Origin: a candidate division WOR-3 bacterium
GTDB taxonomy: Bacteria > Hydrothermota > Hydrothermia > JBDRYB01
Reading direction: 5' to 3'
Assembly: GCA_039803205.1 (NCBI GenBank)
Contig: JBDRYB010000004.1
Coordinates: 70,940-134,939 of the forward strand
Length of the DNA: 64,000 nucleotides
Of this stretch, positions 47,271 to 56,364 are shown piece by piece. The notes below the pieces were generated by a model that saw only the letters and a program-made list of their open reading frames with translations, ran no database searches and was not told the origin of the DNA. The translations under genes were made by a program, and so were the position numbers. Position 1 is the first letter of the stretch. Every line of letters starts with the position of its first letter.

Positions 47271-48779
47271 CTAAGCCTCTATTTTCGCCCTCTTGTCCGT
47301 GTCTATCTGGGCCCTCTGGAGGGTTCCCGAGTAGTCAATGTAGACGGTCTTTATCTCGTTGAATATCTCGTATACCGTCCAGCCGCCTTCACGGTGTCCG
47401 TTCCCGGTCTGCTTGACCCCCCCAAAGGGCATGTGGCATTCCGCTCCTATTGTCGGCGCATTTATGTAGGTTATTCCCGCCTCAAGCTCCTCAATAGCGC
47501 GCATGGATTCCCGAAGATCCCTGGTGTATATGGATGAGGAGAGCCCATACCTTACGCCGTTTGCGACCCTTATGGCCTCATCAAGGCTACCAACCTTTAT
47601 CACAGAGAGGACAGGCCCGAATATCTCCTCCTGCTCTATGCGCATTCCGGGTTTGACGCCCTCAAATATGGTAGGCGCGTAGAACCAGCCCTTAGCAAGA
47701 GGGCCATCGGTCAATCTCTCGCCCCCGTAAACCAGAGACGCGCCCTCGGCCTTCCCTATTTCAACATATGATTGAATGGTCTTGAGCTGGCTCTCGTTGA
47801 TCAGCGGGCCCATGTTGGTCTCGTCTTTAGTGGGATCCCCTATTTTAAGGCTCTTGACCCTTTCTATGAGCTTTGCCATCATCTCATCATAGACATCCTC
47901 GTGGATTATGAGCCTGCTGGTCGCTGTGCAACGCTGGCCCTGGGTGCCGAATGCTCCCCAGAGGACGCCATCAACCGCTAGGTCAAGATCCGCTGAGGGC
48001 ATTACTATCTGCGGGTTCTTCCCTCCCAGCTCAAGCGAAACCCTTTTCAGGTGCTTGCCGGCTATCTCAGCTATGCGCGAACCAACCTCAACCGAACCCG
48101 TGAAGGAGACCACGCCGATATCCGGATGGGTCAGTATTGCCTCCCCGACCTCTCCTCCCCCGCCTGTAACGAGATTGAGCACCCCCGGCGGAAGGCCCGC
48201 TTCCTCAAATATCTTGACGAACTCGGCCGCGCACGCGGGAGTGTCCGTAGCAGGCTTGAATATGACGCAGTTCCCGGAGAGCAGTGCGGGGAATATCTTC
48301 CAGGAGGGTATCGCCATCGGAAAGTTCCAGGGGGTTATGATTCCAGCTATTCCTATTGGTCTCAGGACAGTGAGGGCCATCTTCTCAGGGAGCTCAGACG
48401 GAGCGTTTCGGGAGAATAGCCTTCTCCCCTCGCCGAAAGCGTAATAGCCCGTGTCTATTGCCTCTTGGGTATCTCCCCTTGCCTCAGTGATGACCTTTCC
48501 CATCTCCCTCGCCATCAGGAGGGATATCTCCTCCTTCCTTTTAACCAGGAGCTCGGTCGCCCTGAGCATGATCTCCCCGCGCTTTGGCGCGGGCAGTTTT
48601 GACCACTTTGGAAAGGCCCTCTTCGCGGCCTCAACAGCCTCTGCCACATCCTTCGCGCTCGACTTCGGAAATGTGCCGATAACCTCTTCCCAATCCGATG
48701 GGTTCCTATCTTCGAAGACCCTCCCGGTCTCCGATGGAACCCACTTCCCGTCTATGTAGTTAAGGTATTCCTTTGTCAT
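47271..48779 (-). CDS. NAD(P)-dependent aldehyde dehydrogenase
   Basis: ALDH Glu and Cys active-site motifs (LELGGKNP, FGTQGQRCTA) and FTGSVEVG. Start at internal ATG 48779 (MTKEYLNYIDGKWV). Confidence 0.85.
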   Translation of the reverse strand: MTKEYLNYIDGKWVPSETGRVFEDRNPSDWEEVIGTFPKSSAKDVAEAVEAAKRAFPKWSKLPAPKRGEIMLRATELLVKRKEEISLLMAREMGKVITEARGDTQEAIDTGYYAFGEGRRLFSRNAPSELPEKMALTVLRPIGIAGIITPWNFPMAIPSWKIFPALLSGNCVIFKPATDTPACAAEFVKIFEEAGLPPGVLNLVTGGGGEVGEAILTHPDIGVVSFTGSVEVGSRIAEIAGKHLKRVSLELGGKNPQIVMPSADLDLAVDGVLWGAFGTQGQRCTATSRLIIHEDVYDEMMAKLIERVKSLKIGDPTKDETNMGPLINESQLKTIQSYVEIGKAEGASLVYGGERLTDGPLAKGWFYAPTIFEGVKPGMRIEQEEIFGPVLSVIKVGSLDEAIRVANGVRYGLSSSIYTRDLRESMRAIEELEAGITYINAPTIGAECHMPFGGVKQTGNGHREGGWTVYEIFNEIKTVYIDYSGTLQRAQIDTDKRAKIEA

Positions 48780-48852
48780 TTTCGCCTCCGTTAGGCCTTG
48801 ATTATAAAACGGATAAGGGATCAGGTGCCAGGATAAAGCAAGGCTTCGGGTC

Positions 48853-48874
48853 ATAGAAAAGCCCCGGCCGGGGA
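48853..48874 (-). terminator. rho-independent terminator after FG-GAP gene
   Basis: Minus strand: CCCCGGCCGGGG palindrome followed by CTTTTCT. Confidence 0.4.
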
Positions 48875-48914
48875 ACGGGAGGTGCGAGGATTTTTGCCCA
48901 GCCGGGGCCAGAGG

Positions 48915-50429
48915 TTATCGGACTATCTTCAGGGTCTTCGTCCCTCCCCGATACCTGAGAACCGCGAGATAGATGCCATTCGTTTTCGTGTTCGGGATGA
49001 ATGTGTGTCCCCCTTGGCCGAGGACGCCCTCATAGAGCCTCTGAAGGAGCCTGCCCCCTGCATCGTAGAGCGAAAGGGATACCTGATCTGAGCTGGGCAT
49101 GAAGAGATATATCCCCTTACCCATGGTTCTGAAATCAAACCCTTCTCCCAAGTCTTCTTCTATACCTTCATATACCGGGCCGCAGCCCGTGGCGTTCAGG
49201 AAGTCGTCCAGAACCCAAAAATCGGCCGTGGCGTTCGTGTGCGTTCCAAGCATTATCTCAATGCAGTTGTCGTCGTCTATATCGCCTATGGTCGGATCGT
49301 GCAGGTCCTCTGCAAGTGCCTTTGTCCAGAGGAGACTACCATCGGTGTTCAGGCAATATAGAAGCCCGCCTCCCCTGTTCGGAACAACAACCTCAAGGCC
49401 TCCGTCGCCATCAACATCAGCCAGGGCGGGTGTCCGGTGAACCCCGCTCCCTATGGTGTAATTCCACATAAGAGAGCCGTCGGAACCCCTCAGGCAATAT
49501 ACCTTGCCGTCCTCTGACCCGAAGACAACTTCAAGCGAGCCGTTGCCATCCATATCGCCAATTGCAACCCCGGATTTCACCAGGCCAACCGCGCCCACCG
49601 AGGGATATCTCCAAACCTGGGTTCCCAGACTGTCGTAGCAGTAGAGATGGCCATCCAGGCACCCGATGAGCACATCCGTTTTTCCATCGTTGTTGACATC
49701 TGCAACAGCAGGGGATGAGGTGTCAACGCCTGAGGGAAGGATGATCTGCCGGAAAACAGTCCCGTTTCGCCTATAATACCAGAGGACATTCCCGGCGCCC
49801 ACGACTATTTCGGGAAGCCCATCCCTGTTTATGTCCGCGACCGCGGGGGTTGACACGCCGCCCGCGTTCAGATGGCTCCACCACAGGGTTCCATCGTGCT
49901 GAAGGCAGTATATATACCAGTCATCCATGAACAGGACCTCATCCAGGCCGTCGTCGTCCAAGTCATACGCAATTGGAGAGTATGTCGTGCTTGGGGAAGG
50001 GGGAGTGTATTTCCACATCAGTGTTCCGGCCCCTCCGTTTAAACAGAAAAGTGAGCCTCCGCCTGTTCCGCATGTGCCAAAGAGAACCTCCGGATTACCA
50101 TCCCGGTCAAGGTCAGATATGCACGGAGCTGAGTATATGTCAGCGCCCGCGCCGTATTTCCAGAGCAGGGAGCCAGTGTATCCAGAGAAACAATAAAGGG
50201 TGTCTGTTTGGCTCCCGACAACGATCTCAGGGCCCGGGTTATAGGAAACGACCTCTCCCAAGCCTGGATTGAAGCTCTCAACCCAGTTTCCTGTCCTGTA
50301 GCTCCATTTGACCACAGGAGCCTCCGACATGGCGCCCTTTGTGGTCTGGAGATGGGTGTTAGAGTAGTTCTGGCCATACTGCGTCCAATAGCCATAGGCT
50401 ATGATCAGGGTTATCTTAAAAAACATCAT
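48915..50429 (-). CDS. secreted FG-GAP repeat beta-propeller protein with T9SS-type C-terminal sorting domain
   Basis: Signal peptide. Seven DxDxDG-type repeats (DLDRDGNPEVLFG, DLDDDGLDEVLF, DINRDGLPEIVVG, DVNNDGKTDVLIG, DMDGNGSLEVVFG, DVDGDGGLEVVVP, DIDDDNCIEIMLG). C-terminal tail LSLYDAGGRLL..GIYLAVLRY..KIVR. Confidence 0.75.
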   Translation of the reverse strand: MMFFKITLIIAYGYWTQYGQNYSNTHLQTTKGAMSEAPVVKWSYRTGNWVESFNPGLGEVVSYNPGPEIVVGSQTDTLYCFSGYTGSLLWKYGAGADIYSAPCISDLDRDGNPEVLFGTCGTGGGSLFCLNGGAGTLMWKYTPPSPSTTYSPIAYDLDDDGLDEVLFMDDWYIYCLQHDGTLWWSHLNAGGVSTPAVADINRDGLPEIVVGAGNVLWYYRRNGTVFRQIILPSGVDTSSPAVADVNNDGKTDVLIGCLDGHLYCYDSLGTQVWRYPSVGAVGLVKSGVAIGDMDGNGSLEVVFGSEDGKVYCLRGSDGSLMWNYTIGSGVHRTPALADVDGDGGLEVVVPNRGGGLLYCLNTDGSLLWTKALAEDLHDPTIGDIDDDNCIEIMLGTHTNATADFWVLDDFLNATGCGPVYEGIEEDLGEGFDFRTMGKGIYLFMPSSDQVSLSLYDAGGRLLQRLYEGVLGQGGHTFIPNTKTNGIYLAVLRYRGGTKTLKIVR

Positions 50430-50473
50430 GTCAAGCCTCCTTTGTTCTCAAGGGGAAGGAACTTTCTTCAAAT

Positions 50474-51220
50474 TCATCTCACAACCACCTTTCCCTTGTG
50501 AGTATCTGCTATCCAGATATAGACACCTTTTTCTAGGCTTATCGTAGTTTCACCCCTTTTCAGTTGTCCAGAATATGCAAGCCTGCCATCGGCAGAGTAT
50601 ATCCTCAGAGGGACATCAAGAGCAGAAAGGAAAAGCGCGGCGCTAGGAACAAGAGAGCAGGTTATCGGTGGTTGTTGATTGATGCTGATTTCCTCATGCT
50701 CAAGAAGAGCTTCGCACGGATCGGCTATTGTGAGATCAGGAGAGTTCACAGCCAAAGTTGGGGTTACGACTATGGGATCACATGATGTAATACTGGAAGG
50801 TAAAGATATGGTCAAGGCCGGACTCAAAGCCATAGGGGAACAATCCTGAACGCATCCGGGGTAATTCCCTTCCCGGTCAAGCTTGAGTAACAGAACATCA
50901 TAATTGCCAGCACCGAAACTCTGCGTTCGTCCGACGATAGCATAATCCCCATCCGCTGTCTGGATTATGGATCTGGGATATTCTACATAGTCATTGCTTG
51001 GGCCTCCGAAAGTCCTTGCCCACGCTATACTGCCGTCTGAAGCCAGCTTGATCGCGAGGATGTCGTATCCGCCCGCGCCAAAACTATTCGTGTATCCCGT
51101 GACCGCGTAGCCTCCATCCGCGGTTTGGATTATGGGATAGGCCACATCATCATTTGTCCCCCCATAGCTCTTCGCAAAGAGACCCTGGGAGACGAGCACG
51201 GTTATAAAAAGGTTCGTCAT
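50474..51220 (-). CDS. secreted SBBP-type beta-propeller repeat protein with T9SS-type C-terminal domain
   Basis: Start at internal ATG (MTNLFITVLVSQGLFA signal). Two SBBP-like repeats (IQTADGGYAVTGYTNSFGAGGYDILAIKL / IQTADGDYAIVGRTQSFGAGNYDVLLLKL). C-terminal tail LRIYSADGRL..GVYIWIA..KVVVR. Confidence 0.7.
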   Translation of the reverse strand: MTNLFITVLVSQGLFAKSYGGTNDDVAYPIIQTADGGYAVTGYTNSFGAGGYDILAIKLASDGSIAWARTFGGPSNDYVEYPRSIIQTADGDYAIVGRTQSFGAGNYDVLLLKLDREGNYPGCVQDCSPMALSPALTISLPSSITSCDPIVVTPTLAVNSPDLTIADPCEALLEHEEISINQQPPITCSLVPSAALFLSALDVPLRIYSADGRLAYSGQLKRGETTISLEKGVYIWIADTHKGKVVVR

Positions 51221-51244
51221 GATAAAAACTCCGTAGTTTTCGGG

Positions 51245-51294
51245 TAAAAAAGGCCGACTGGAACGATCAGGAGGTGTAAAACTTTCCAGTCGGC
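51245..51294 (-). terminator. rho-independent terminator
   Basis: Perfect 12-bp stem GGCCGACTGGAA/TTCCAGTCGGCC followed on the minus strand by TTTTTTACCC; downstream of gene 51360..51779. Confidence 0.7.
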
Positions 51295-51359
51295 CCGGAT
51301 GAATCGTCCTGCCCTTGCTGAATGCCTTCTCGTGGACATGAAAGAACTCCTTCGCTCTC

Positions 51360-51779
51360 TCAGCAGGAGAGGGCTTCCTGTTTTTCAACCAGGGCCCTTC
51401 CGGCTATTATCCACGAGAGATAAGCGCTGGATTCCCTTATTAATGACCTCGCCAGATCCAGATGTTCTGCGTTTCGCAGGGCCAAGACCATATAGCACCT
51501 GACATCATCAAGCGGAGCCACTATCAGGCTCATATTTCGTGTGCTCAGCACTAGGTCAAGGGTCTTCCCAACCCGTTCGCGTCCACCAAGCGCTTCAAGC
51601 GCCCAGGATTGCTGGGTCAGCATGTCACCTAGCACGGCAGAAGCGGAGAGGGCATCCAGGCTTTCATCACCAACCAGGGCAAGGGACTCTGCGGTCTCCG
51701 CGTCGCAGATCCCCATGAACAAAAGCCCAGGGAGCCGGTGGCTTATTTTTTCGAGGGCTTCCTTGAGTTGCTGTCTCAT
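51360..51779 (-). CDS. Roadblock/LC7 (MglB-like) domain protein
   Basis: 139 aa; ..GLLFMGICDAETAES..LDDVRCYMVLALRN.. consistent with a Roadblock/LC7 fold. Assignment is tentative. Confidence 0.45.
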   Translation of the reverse strand: MRQQLKEALEKISHRLPGLLFMGICDAETAESLALVGDESLDALSASAVLGDMLTQQSWALEALGGRERVGKTLDLVLSTRNMSLIVAPLDDVRCYMVLALRNAEHLDLARSLIRESSAYLSWIIAGRALVEKQEALSC

Positions 51780-51901
51780 CTTTCACCTCCGATCGTTTCG
51801 TCCATATTTATAAAAAATCCGCCTAAGCATTGCCTAAGCGCGGAGGCCTCAACGCTTGCCGTGGTTGCATTTGTCATAGCTTATGCCATATATTCTTTGC
51901 T

Positions 51902-53479
51902 ATGGACACACTGGAGAAGGTAAGGGAAGGGGTTCGGCTCCTGGAGGAGGGACTCGTGGCTGAGGCGGAGGATTACATCCGGTCCATGAGGACAAACGAT
52001 CCCCTGGCGGCTTCGCTGGTGGAGGTCTATCTGGCACTCCGAAGGCACAACCCCTCGGAGGTGATCAGGCTCGGCTCCCGGCTATCAAAGAATGTTTCAG
52101 AGAAACCGGAGCTCGGCGGAATGTTCTTTATCTGGATGGGCAGTGCTTACAGGTTAATGGGGGAACCCGATACCGCGGAGAACTATTTTCTGCGGGCAAT
52201 TGATTTCAGCGAACACACGGGCCAACCGGATTTAGCCTCTGTGGCAAGAACAGAGATATTCTTCCTCATGTTTTCAAAAGGGGAATATGTGCCGCTATAT
52301 AGGAGAGTCAAAGATTTTCTTCGGACCAAAGGGCACGGGGGAGGGATTCTCGCGCTATACCTGCTTTCTACCCTGGAGATAATCCGAGGCGAACCAACAA
52401 AGGCTCTAGACATCATAGACTCCCTACTTGAATCTGGGGAAACCGGAAGGTTTCGACTCAGCTTACTAGAGCTCAGGGGCTTGGCGCTTCGGCTCGCTGG
52501 GGGTCTTGAGGGGGCGGTTGAGAATTTCTTGGAATCAGCCAAGGGATATGCCGAGATGGATGGGGCCTATTCTGTTTTCCCTGTCGCGAAGGCGCTTGAG
52601 ATAACAAGACTAGCGAGCCTGGAGAGTCCGCCAGCCAGTCTTCTGAGCAAATGCGCCGAACTTGGCAAAAGGGGCGGATGGGGGGAACAGGCTGCTGTCA
52701 AGGAAATAGAGGCTCTCGTCTCACCCGAGGACGATATCGCGGCCCAAGGACTTTATCAAGCTAGCATTGATTATTTCAGGGTCTATCAGCCATTAGAGGC
52801 GTTCGTTTCCGGCCTAAGCTCGGCCTTCCTTGCATGGAGATGTGAGTCACCAGTATTCTCAAGGGCCGCAAGGTTCATCGCGCCCCTCGCGCCCCTGCAT
52901 CCCGGATTTGCTTCTGATCCTCTATTGGGTGAGTTTCTGAGTAGTCTGAGTCCCCTGCTTTGCTATCAGGTTAAACCGACCTCTGACCGCGGAATAAGGG
53001 CCCATCTTGCGGGCGAGTTCTTGGTGAGCGTGGATGGGCGAAGACTCTCACTTACAGGATGGCGGAACGACAAGGCCCTGATGATCCTGGTCTATCTCCT
53101 TCTCTCACCAAAGCACAGGATGGCCTGGGATCACCTGCTTTTTCTCCTCTGGCCAAAAGAGAGAGACAGAAAAAAGGCAAAAAACCGGCTCCATGTCGCG
53201 GTTAGCATCCTGAGAAAACACCTGGCAAGGCCGGGCGTGCTTTCCAGAAAAAGGGATTTCTACCAGCTTGAGGATGTCTGGACAGACCTCGGAGAAATTG
53301 AAAACCTACTCCGGCTCGCGGACGCGACCCATGATCCGGCCGAAAAGGAGGAACTCCTCGCGCGGGCCCGTGAGCTCGCGAAGGGCGAATTACTGCCAGA
53401 ATTCCCCTATGACCGCTATATTGACGAATACAGGCAATACTATGAGAGGCTTAGAAGGAGGCTTTTCGGGGAAAAATAA
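51902..53479 (+). CDS. transcriptional regulator with N-terminal TPR-like region and C-terminal SARP/OmpR-type winged helix
   Basis: C-terminus ..LTGWRNDKALMILVYLLLSPKHRMAWDHLLFLLWPKERDRKKAKNRLHVAVSILRKHL.. is a typical SARP/AfsR DNA-binding domain. Start at internal ATG (MDTLEKV). Confidence 0.6.
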   Translation: MDTLEKVREGVRLLEEGLVAEAEDYIRSMRTNDPLAASLVEVYLALRRHNPSEVIRLGSRLSKNVSEKPELGGMFFIWMGSAYRLMGEPDTAENYFLRAIDFSEHTGQPDLASVARTEIFFLMFSKGEYVPLYRRVKDFLRTKGHGGGILALYLLSTLEIIRGEPTKALDIIDSLLESGETGRFRLSLLELRGLALRLAGGLEGAVENFLESAKGYAEMDGAYSVFPVAKALEITRLASLESPPASLLSKCAELGKRGGWGEQAAVKEIEALVSPEDDIAAQGLYQASIDYFRVYQPLEAFVSGLSSAFLAWRCESPVFSRAARFIAPLAPLHPGFASDPLLGEFLSSLSPLLCYQVKPTSDRGIRAHLAGEFLVSVDGRRLSLTGWRNDKALMILVYLLLSPKHRMAWDHLLFLLWPKERDRKKAKNRLHVAVSILRKHLARPGVLSRKRDFYQLEDVWTDLGEIENLLRLADATHDPAEKEELLARARELAKGELLPEFPYDRYIDEYRQYYERLRRRLFGEK

Positions 53480-53521
53480 AGCTGGGCCAGAATGGCCTAG
53501 CCAAACCGCAATCATCGTTTT

Positions 53522-54427
53522 CTATACGAGCAAGAACCTCAAGAGCGCCTTCTGCGCGTGAAGGCGGTTTTCTGCCTGGTCATAGACTATTGAATATGGA
53601 GCGTCTATGACCTCATCGGTGACCTCTTCACCCCTGTGAGCAGGGAGGCAATGCATGAACATCGCGCCCTCCCGTGCCTTTGCCATGAGGTCCTCGTTGA
53701 CCTGATAAGGCGCAAAGACCTTCTTGCGGACCTCTGCCTCGGATTCCTGGCCCATTGATGCCCAGACATCAGTGTAGACGAAGTGAGCATCACGGACGGC
53801 TTCGGCTGGGTCGTTCGTGATGAAGATCTTTGCGCCGGATGCCCTGGCTTCCTCCTGGGCTCTCTCAACGATAAATGGCTTGGGCTCGTATCCGGGAGGC
53901 GTCGCGAGCGAGACATTTACCCCAAGCCTCGCTCCCATTAGCAGAAGGGAGTGTGCCACATTGTTCCCATCGCCAACAAATGCGAGCGTGAAATTGAGAC
54001 TCCCCTTCTTCTCCCACATGGTGAGGAAATCCGCGAGTGCCTGGCAGGGATGCTCAAGGTCAGAGAGCGCGTTTATGACCGGGATACGGGTTTTTGCCAT
54101 TATCTCCAATGCCTCGTGAGCGTAAACCCTCGCTATTATCCCATCGCACCAGCGCTCAAGGTTTAGTGCAACATCCTTCACACCCTCTCTTTTACCGAGA
54201 CTTATGTCCCCTGGGGCAAGATATATTCCACGAGCGCCCATCTGAAGCAGGCCAACCTCAAAGGTCACCCTTGTCCGAAGCGATTGCTTTTCAAAGATGA
54301 GAGCGAAAACAGCGCCCTCAAGCTCCCTGCTCACATAACGGGGTTTCATGGACCGCGCCATCTCAAGGACACGAAGCATTTCATCCCTTGAGAGGTCAAG
54401 AACCGAGAGAAAATCTCGCTTTTTCAT
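53522..54427 (-). CDS. argF: ornithine carbamoyltransferase
   Basis: STRTR carbamoyl-phosphate motif (SLRTRVTFE), HCLPAHRGEEV ornithine-binding motif; 301 aa. Confidence 0.85.
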   Translation of the reverse strand: MKKRDFLSVLDLSRDEMLRVLEMARSMKPRYVSRELEGAVFALIFEKQSLRTRVTFEVGLLQMGARGIYLAPGDISLGKREGVKDVALNLERWCDGIIARVYAHEALEIMAKTRIPVINALSDLEHPCQALADFLTMWEKKGSLNFTLAFVGDGNNVAHSLLLMGARLGVNVSLATPPGYEPKPFIVERAQEEARASGAKIFITNDPAEAVRDAHFVYTDVWASMGQESEAEVRKKVFAPYQVNEDLMAKAREGAMFMHCLPAHRGEEVTDEVIDAPYSIVYDQAENRLHAQKALLRFLLV

Positions 54428-54431
54428 TTAA

Positions 54432-55580
54432 TCACTTCTGCTTTCCCTCAAGCTCAAGGGCCTTCTTGAAGGCATCCATGGACTCCTTCTTGCGGTTGAG
54501 GTTCTTGAGTATAGCGCCCTTGAGATTGTAGGCCTCAGGGGTCTCCCTTATTGAGATGGCCATATCAATTGCTACGAGAGCCTTTTCCTGATCGGATTTC
54601 TGATCGCTCGGAAGATAAGCGCCCGCTAAAAGGAACCAGCCGTTGTAGTCGTTTGGCTTCATGGATGTGTATTTCTCCAAAGCGGCGGCGGCCTCGGCTG
54701 ATTTCTCTATCTTTATGTAGCATATGCCCAGGTTGAGCCAGGCCTCGCCCAGGGTCTCATCCAGCTTAGTTGCTTTCGCGAAGTTCTCGGCCGCGACGGT
54801 ATAGTGCTTCAGGATTTGGGGCTTGAGCGCCTCTTTTTCCTTGGGATCCTTTGACTCGTTATACTTGTCTTCGATCTTCTTGCCCCTCTCAAAGTTGATG
54901 AAACCGAGCTCCTTGTAGGCCTCGGCGTAGGCCGTATCCAGCTTGAGGGCCTCCAGCACGAGCTTCTCCGCCTCATCCAGTTTCCCGTCCTGCTCAGCGA
55001 ACAAAGCGAGGTGCAGTTTTACTTGGGGATTCTTCGGATCCAGCCTGTCCGCCTCAACCAGGGCCTTTCTCGCGCTCGCTGTATCATTCATCTGCTCGTA
55101 GGCAGAGACCAAGAGGAGATACGCCTTTGCCTCACTGGGACGCAGATCCTTCGCCTCTTCAAAGTATTTCAGCGCGCTTTTCGCATCGCCCTCATTAAGG
55201 AAGTTTATCCCGGCGTTAAGGATAACCTGATAAACCCCCCCAGCGTCAAACACAGAGGCTCCGGCTATTGTGAGCTCGCGGTTTATGACATCCGGATTCC
55301 TGGTGGAACTATCCATAGCAAAGGCCTTCATGAAGAAATCGGCCGCGGCATTGTAATCCTCCTCACTGGCCTTGATAACCCCCATCCACAGATATGGCTT
55401 GGCACTGGTGGGTTCGGATTCGGCCCAAGCTTGGGCTTCGGACATAGCCTTCGCGTTGTCCCTTTGCTGGATGTATATCTTGACCGAAGAGGCGTGGGGG
55501 TTGCCGGCAACACAACCAGCGATAACAGCACCTATGCTAACAAAGACAAAGCTCCTTCTGAACATAGCTCTATCCTCCAA
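54432..55580 (-). CDS. TPR-repeat lipoprotein
   Basis: Signal + Cys (SIGAVIAGCVAGN); multiple TPR-like helix pairs (AWLNLGICYIK, AYKELGFINFERGK...). Confidence 0.65.
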   Translation of the reverse strand: MEDRAMFRRSFVFVSIGAVIAGCVAGNPHASSVKIYIQQRDNAKAMSEAQAWAESEPTSAKPYLWMGVIKASEEDYNAAADFFMKAFAMDSSTRNPDVINRELTIAGASVFDAGGVYQVILNAGINFLNEGDAKSALKYFEEAKDLRPSEAKAYLLLVSAYEQMNDTASARKALVEADRLDPKNPQVKLHLALFAEQDGKLDEAEKLVLEALKLDTAYAEAYKELGFINFERGKKIEDKYNESKDPKEKEALKPQILKHYTVAAENFAKATKLDETLGEAWLNLGICYIKIEKSAEAAAALEKYTSMKPNDYNGWFLLAGAYLPSDQKSDQEKALVAIDMAISIRETPEAYNLKGAILKNLNRKKESMDAFKKALELEGKQK

Positions 55581-55678
55581 AACTCAGAGGCAAATTATTG
55601 CACAGGCCGTAGAGCAGATTCAACCTGCCCCAGGGGGTCTGGAACAACTTGAGCCGCTCCGGAGTCTATCTTTAAGCT

Positions 55679-56359
55679 ATGCAAATGAGCCTTTTTTTCC
55701 TTGTTTCAGCGCTTCCGTTTTATTCGGGAGAGACCCTTACATTCAAGGTCAAATACGGCTTCATATCAGCTGGCGAGATGACCCTCGTTGTCCTCGGAAT
55801 AGAGGAAAAGAACGGAATTTCCTGCTGGCACTTCAGGCTCAGGGCCGACGGCGGAATCCCCCTCTACAATGTTAAGGACGAGATACATTCCTGGGTTTCT
55901 GTCTCGGATTTCGCGACGGTCTATTATCAGAAGGACATAAACGAAGGGAGTTATCACAAGAAGGCCTGGATAGCATACGATCCTGAGAGCTACAGGGCCG
56001 TATATCCAGAAGGGGATACCTTGGATATTCCAAAGGGCGCGCTTGACCCCCTTGCTGTTTTCTACTATGCCAGAAAGCTCCCCCTTGATGAGGGCAAGGT
56101 ATTCTGGGTTCCTTACCATGTTGATAGGCGATCCGAGATGATGAAGGTTGAGGTGAAGAATAAGGAGAGGGTCAAGGTCCCATATGGGGAGTTTGATTGC
56201 TATCTGGTCGAACCAAGGGTATCCACTGGAAAGAACATATTCGGCGCGAAGGGCGGCCTAAAGATATGGTTTACCGCGGACGACCAGAAGTTGCCCGTGA
56301 GGGTTGAAACCCAAGTAACCTTCGGATCAATGACGGCCGAGCTGAAGGATAAAAAGTAG
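55679..56359 (+). CDS. DUF3108-like protein
   Basis: 226 aa; signal peptide; GETLTFKVKYGFISAGEM.. beta-rich pattern typical of DUF3108. Confidence 0.5.
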   Translation: MQMSLFFLVSALPFYSGETLTFKVKYGFISAGEMTLVVLGIEEKNGISCWHFRLRADGGIPLYNVKDEIHSWVSVSDFATVYYQKDINEGSYHKKAWIAYDPESYRAVYPEGDTLDIPKGALDPLAVFYYARKLPLDEGKVFWVPYHVDRRSEMMKVEVKNKERVKVPYGEFDCYLVEPRVSTGKNIFGAKGGLKIWFTADDQKLPVRVETQVTFGSMTAELKDKK

Positions 56360-56364
56360 CGTCT

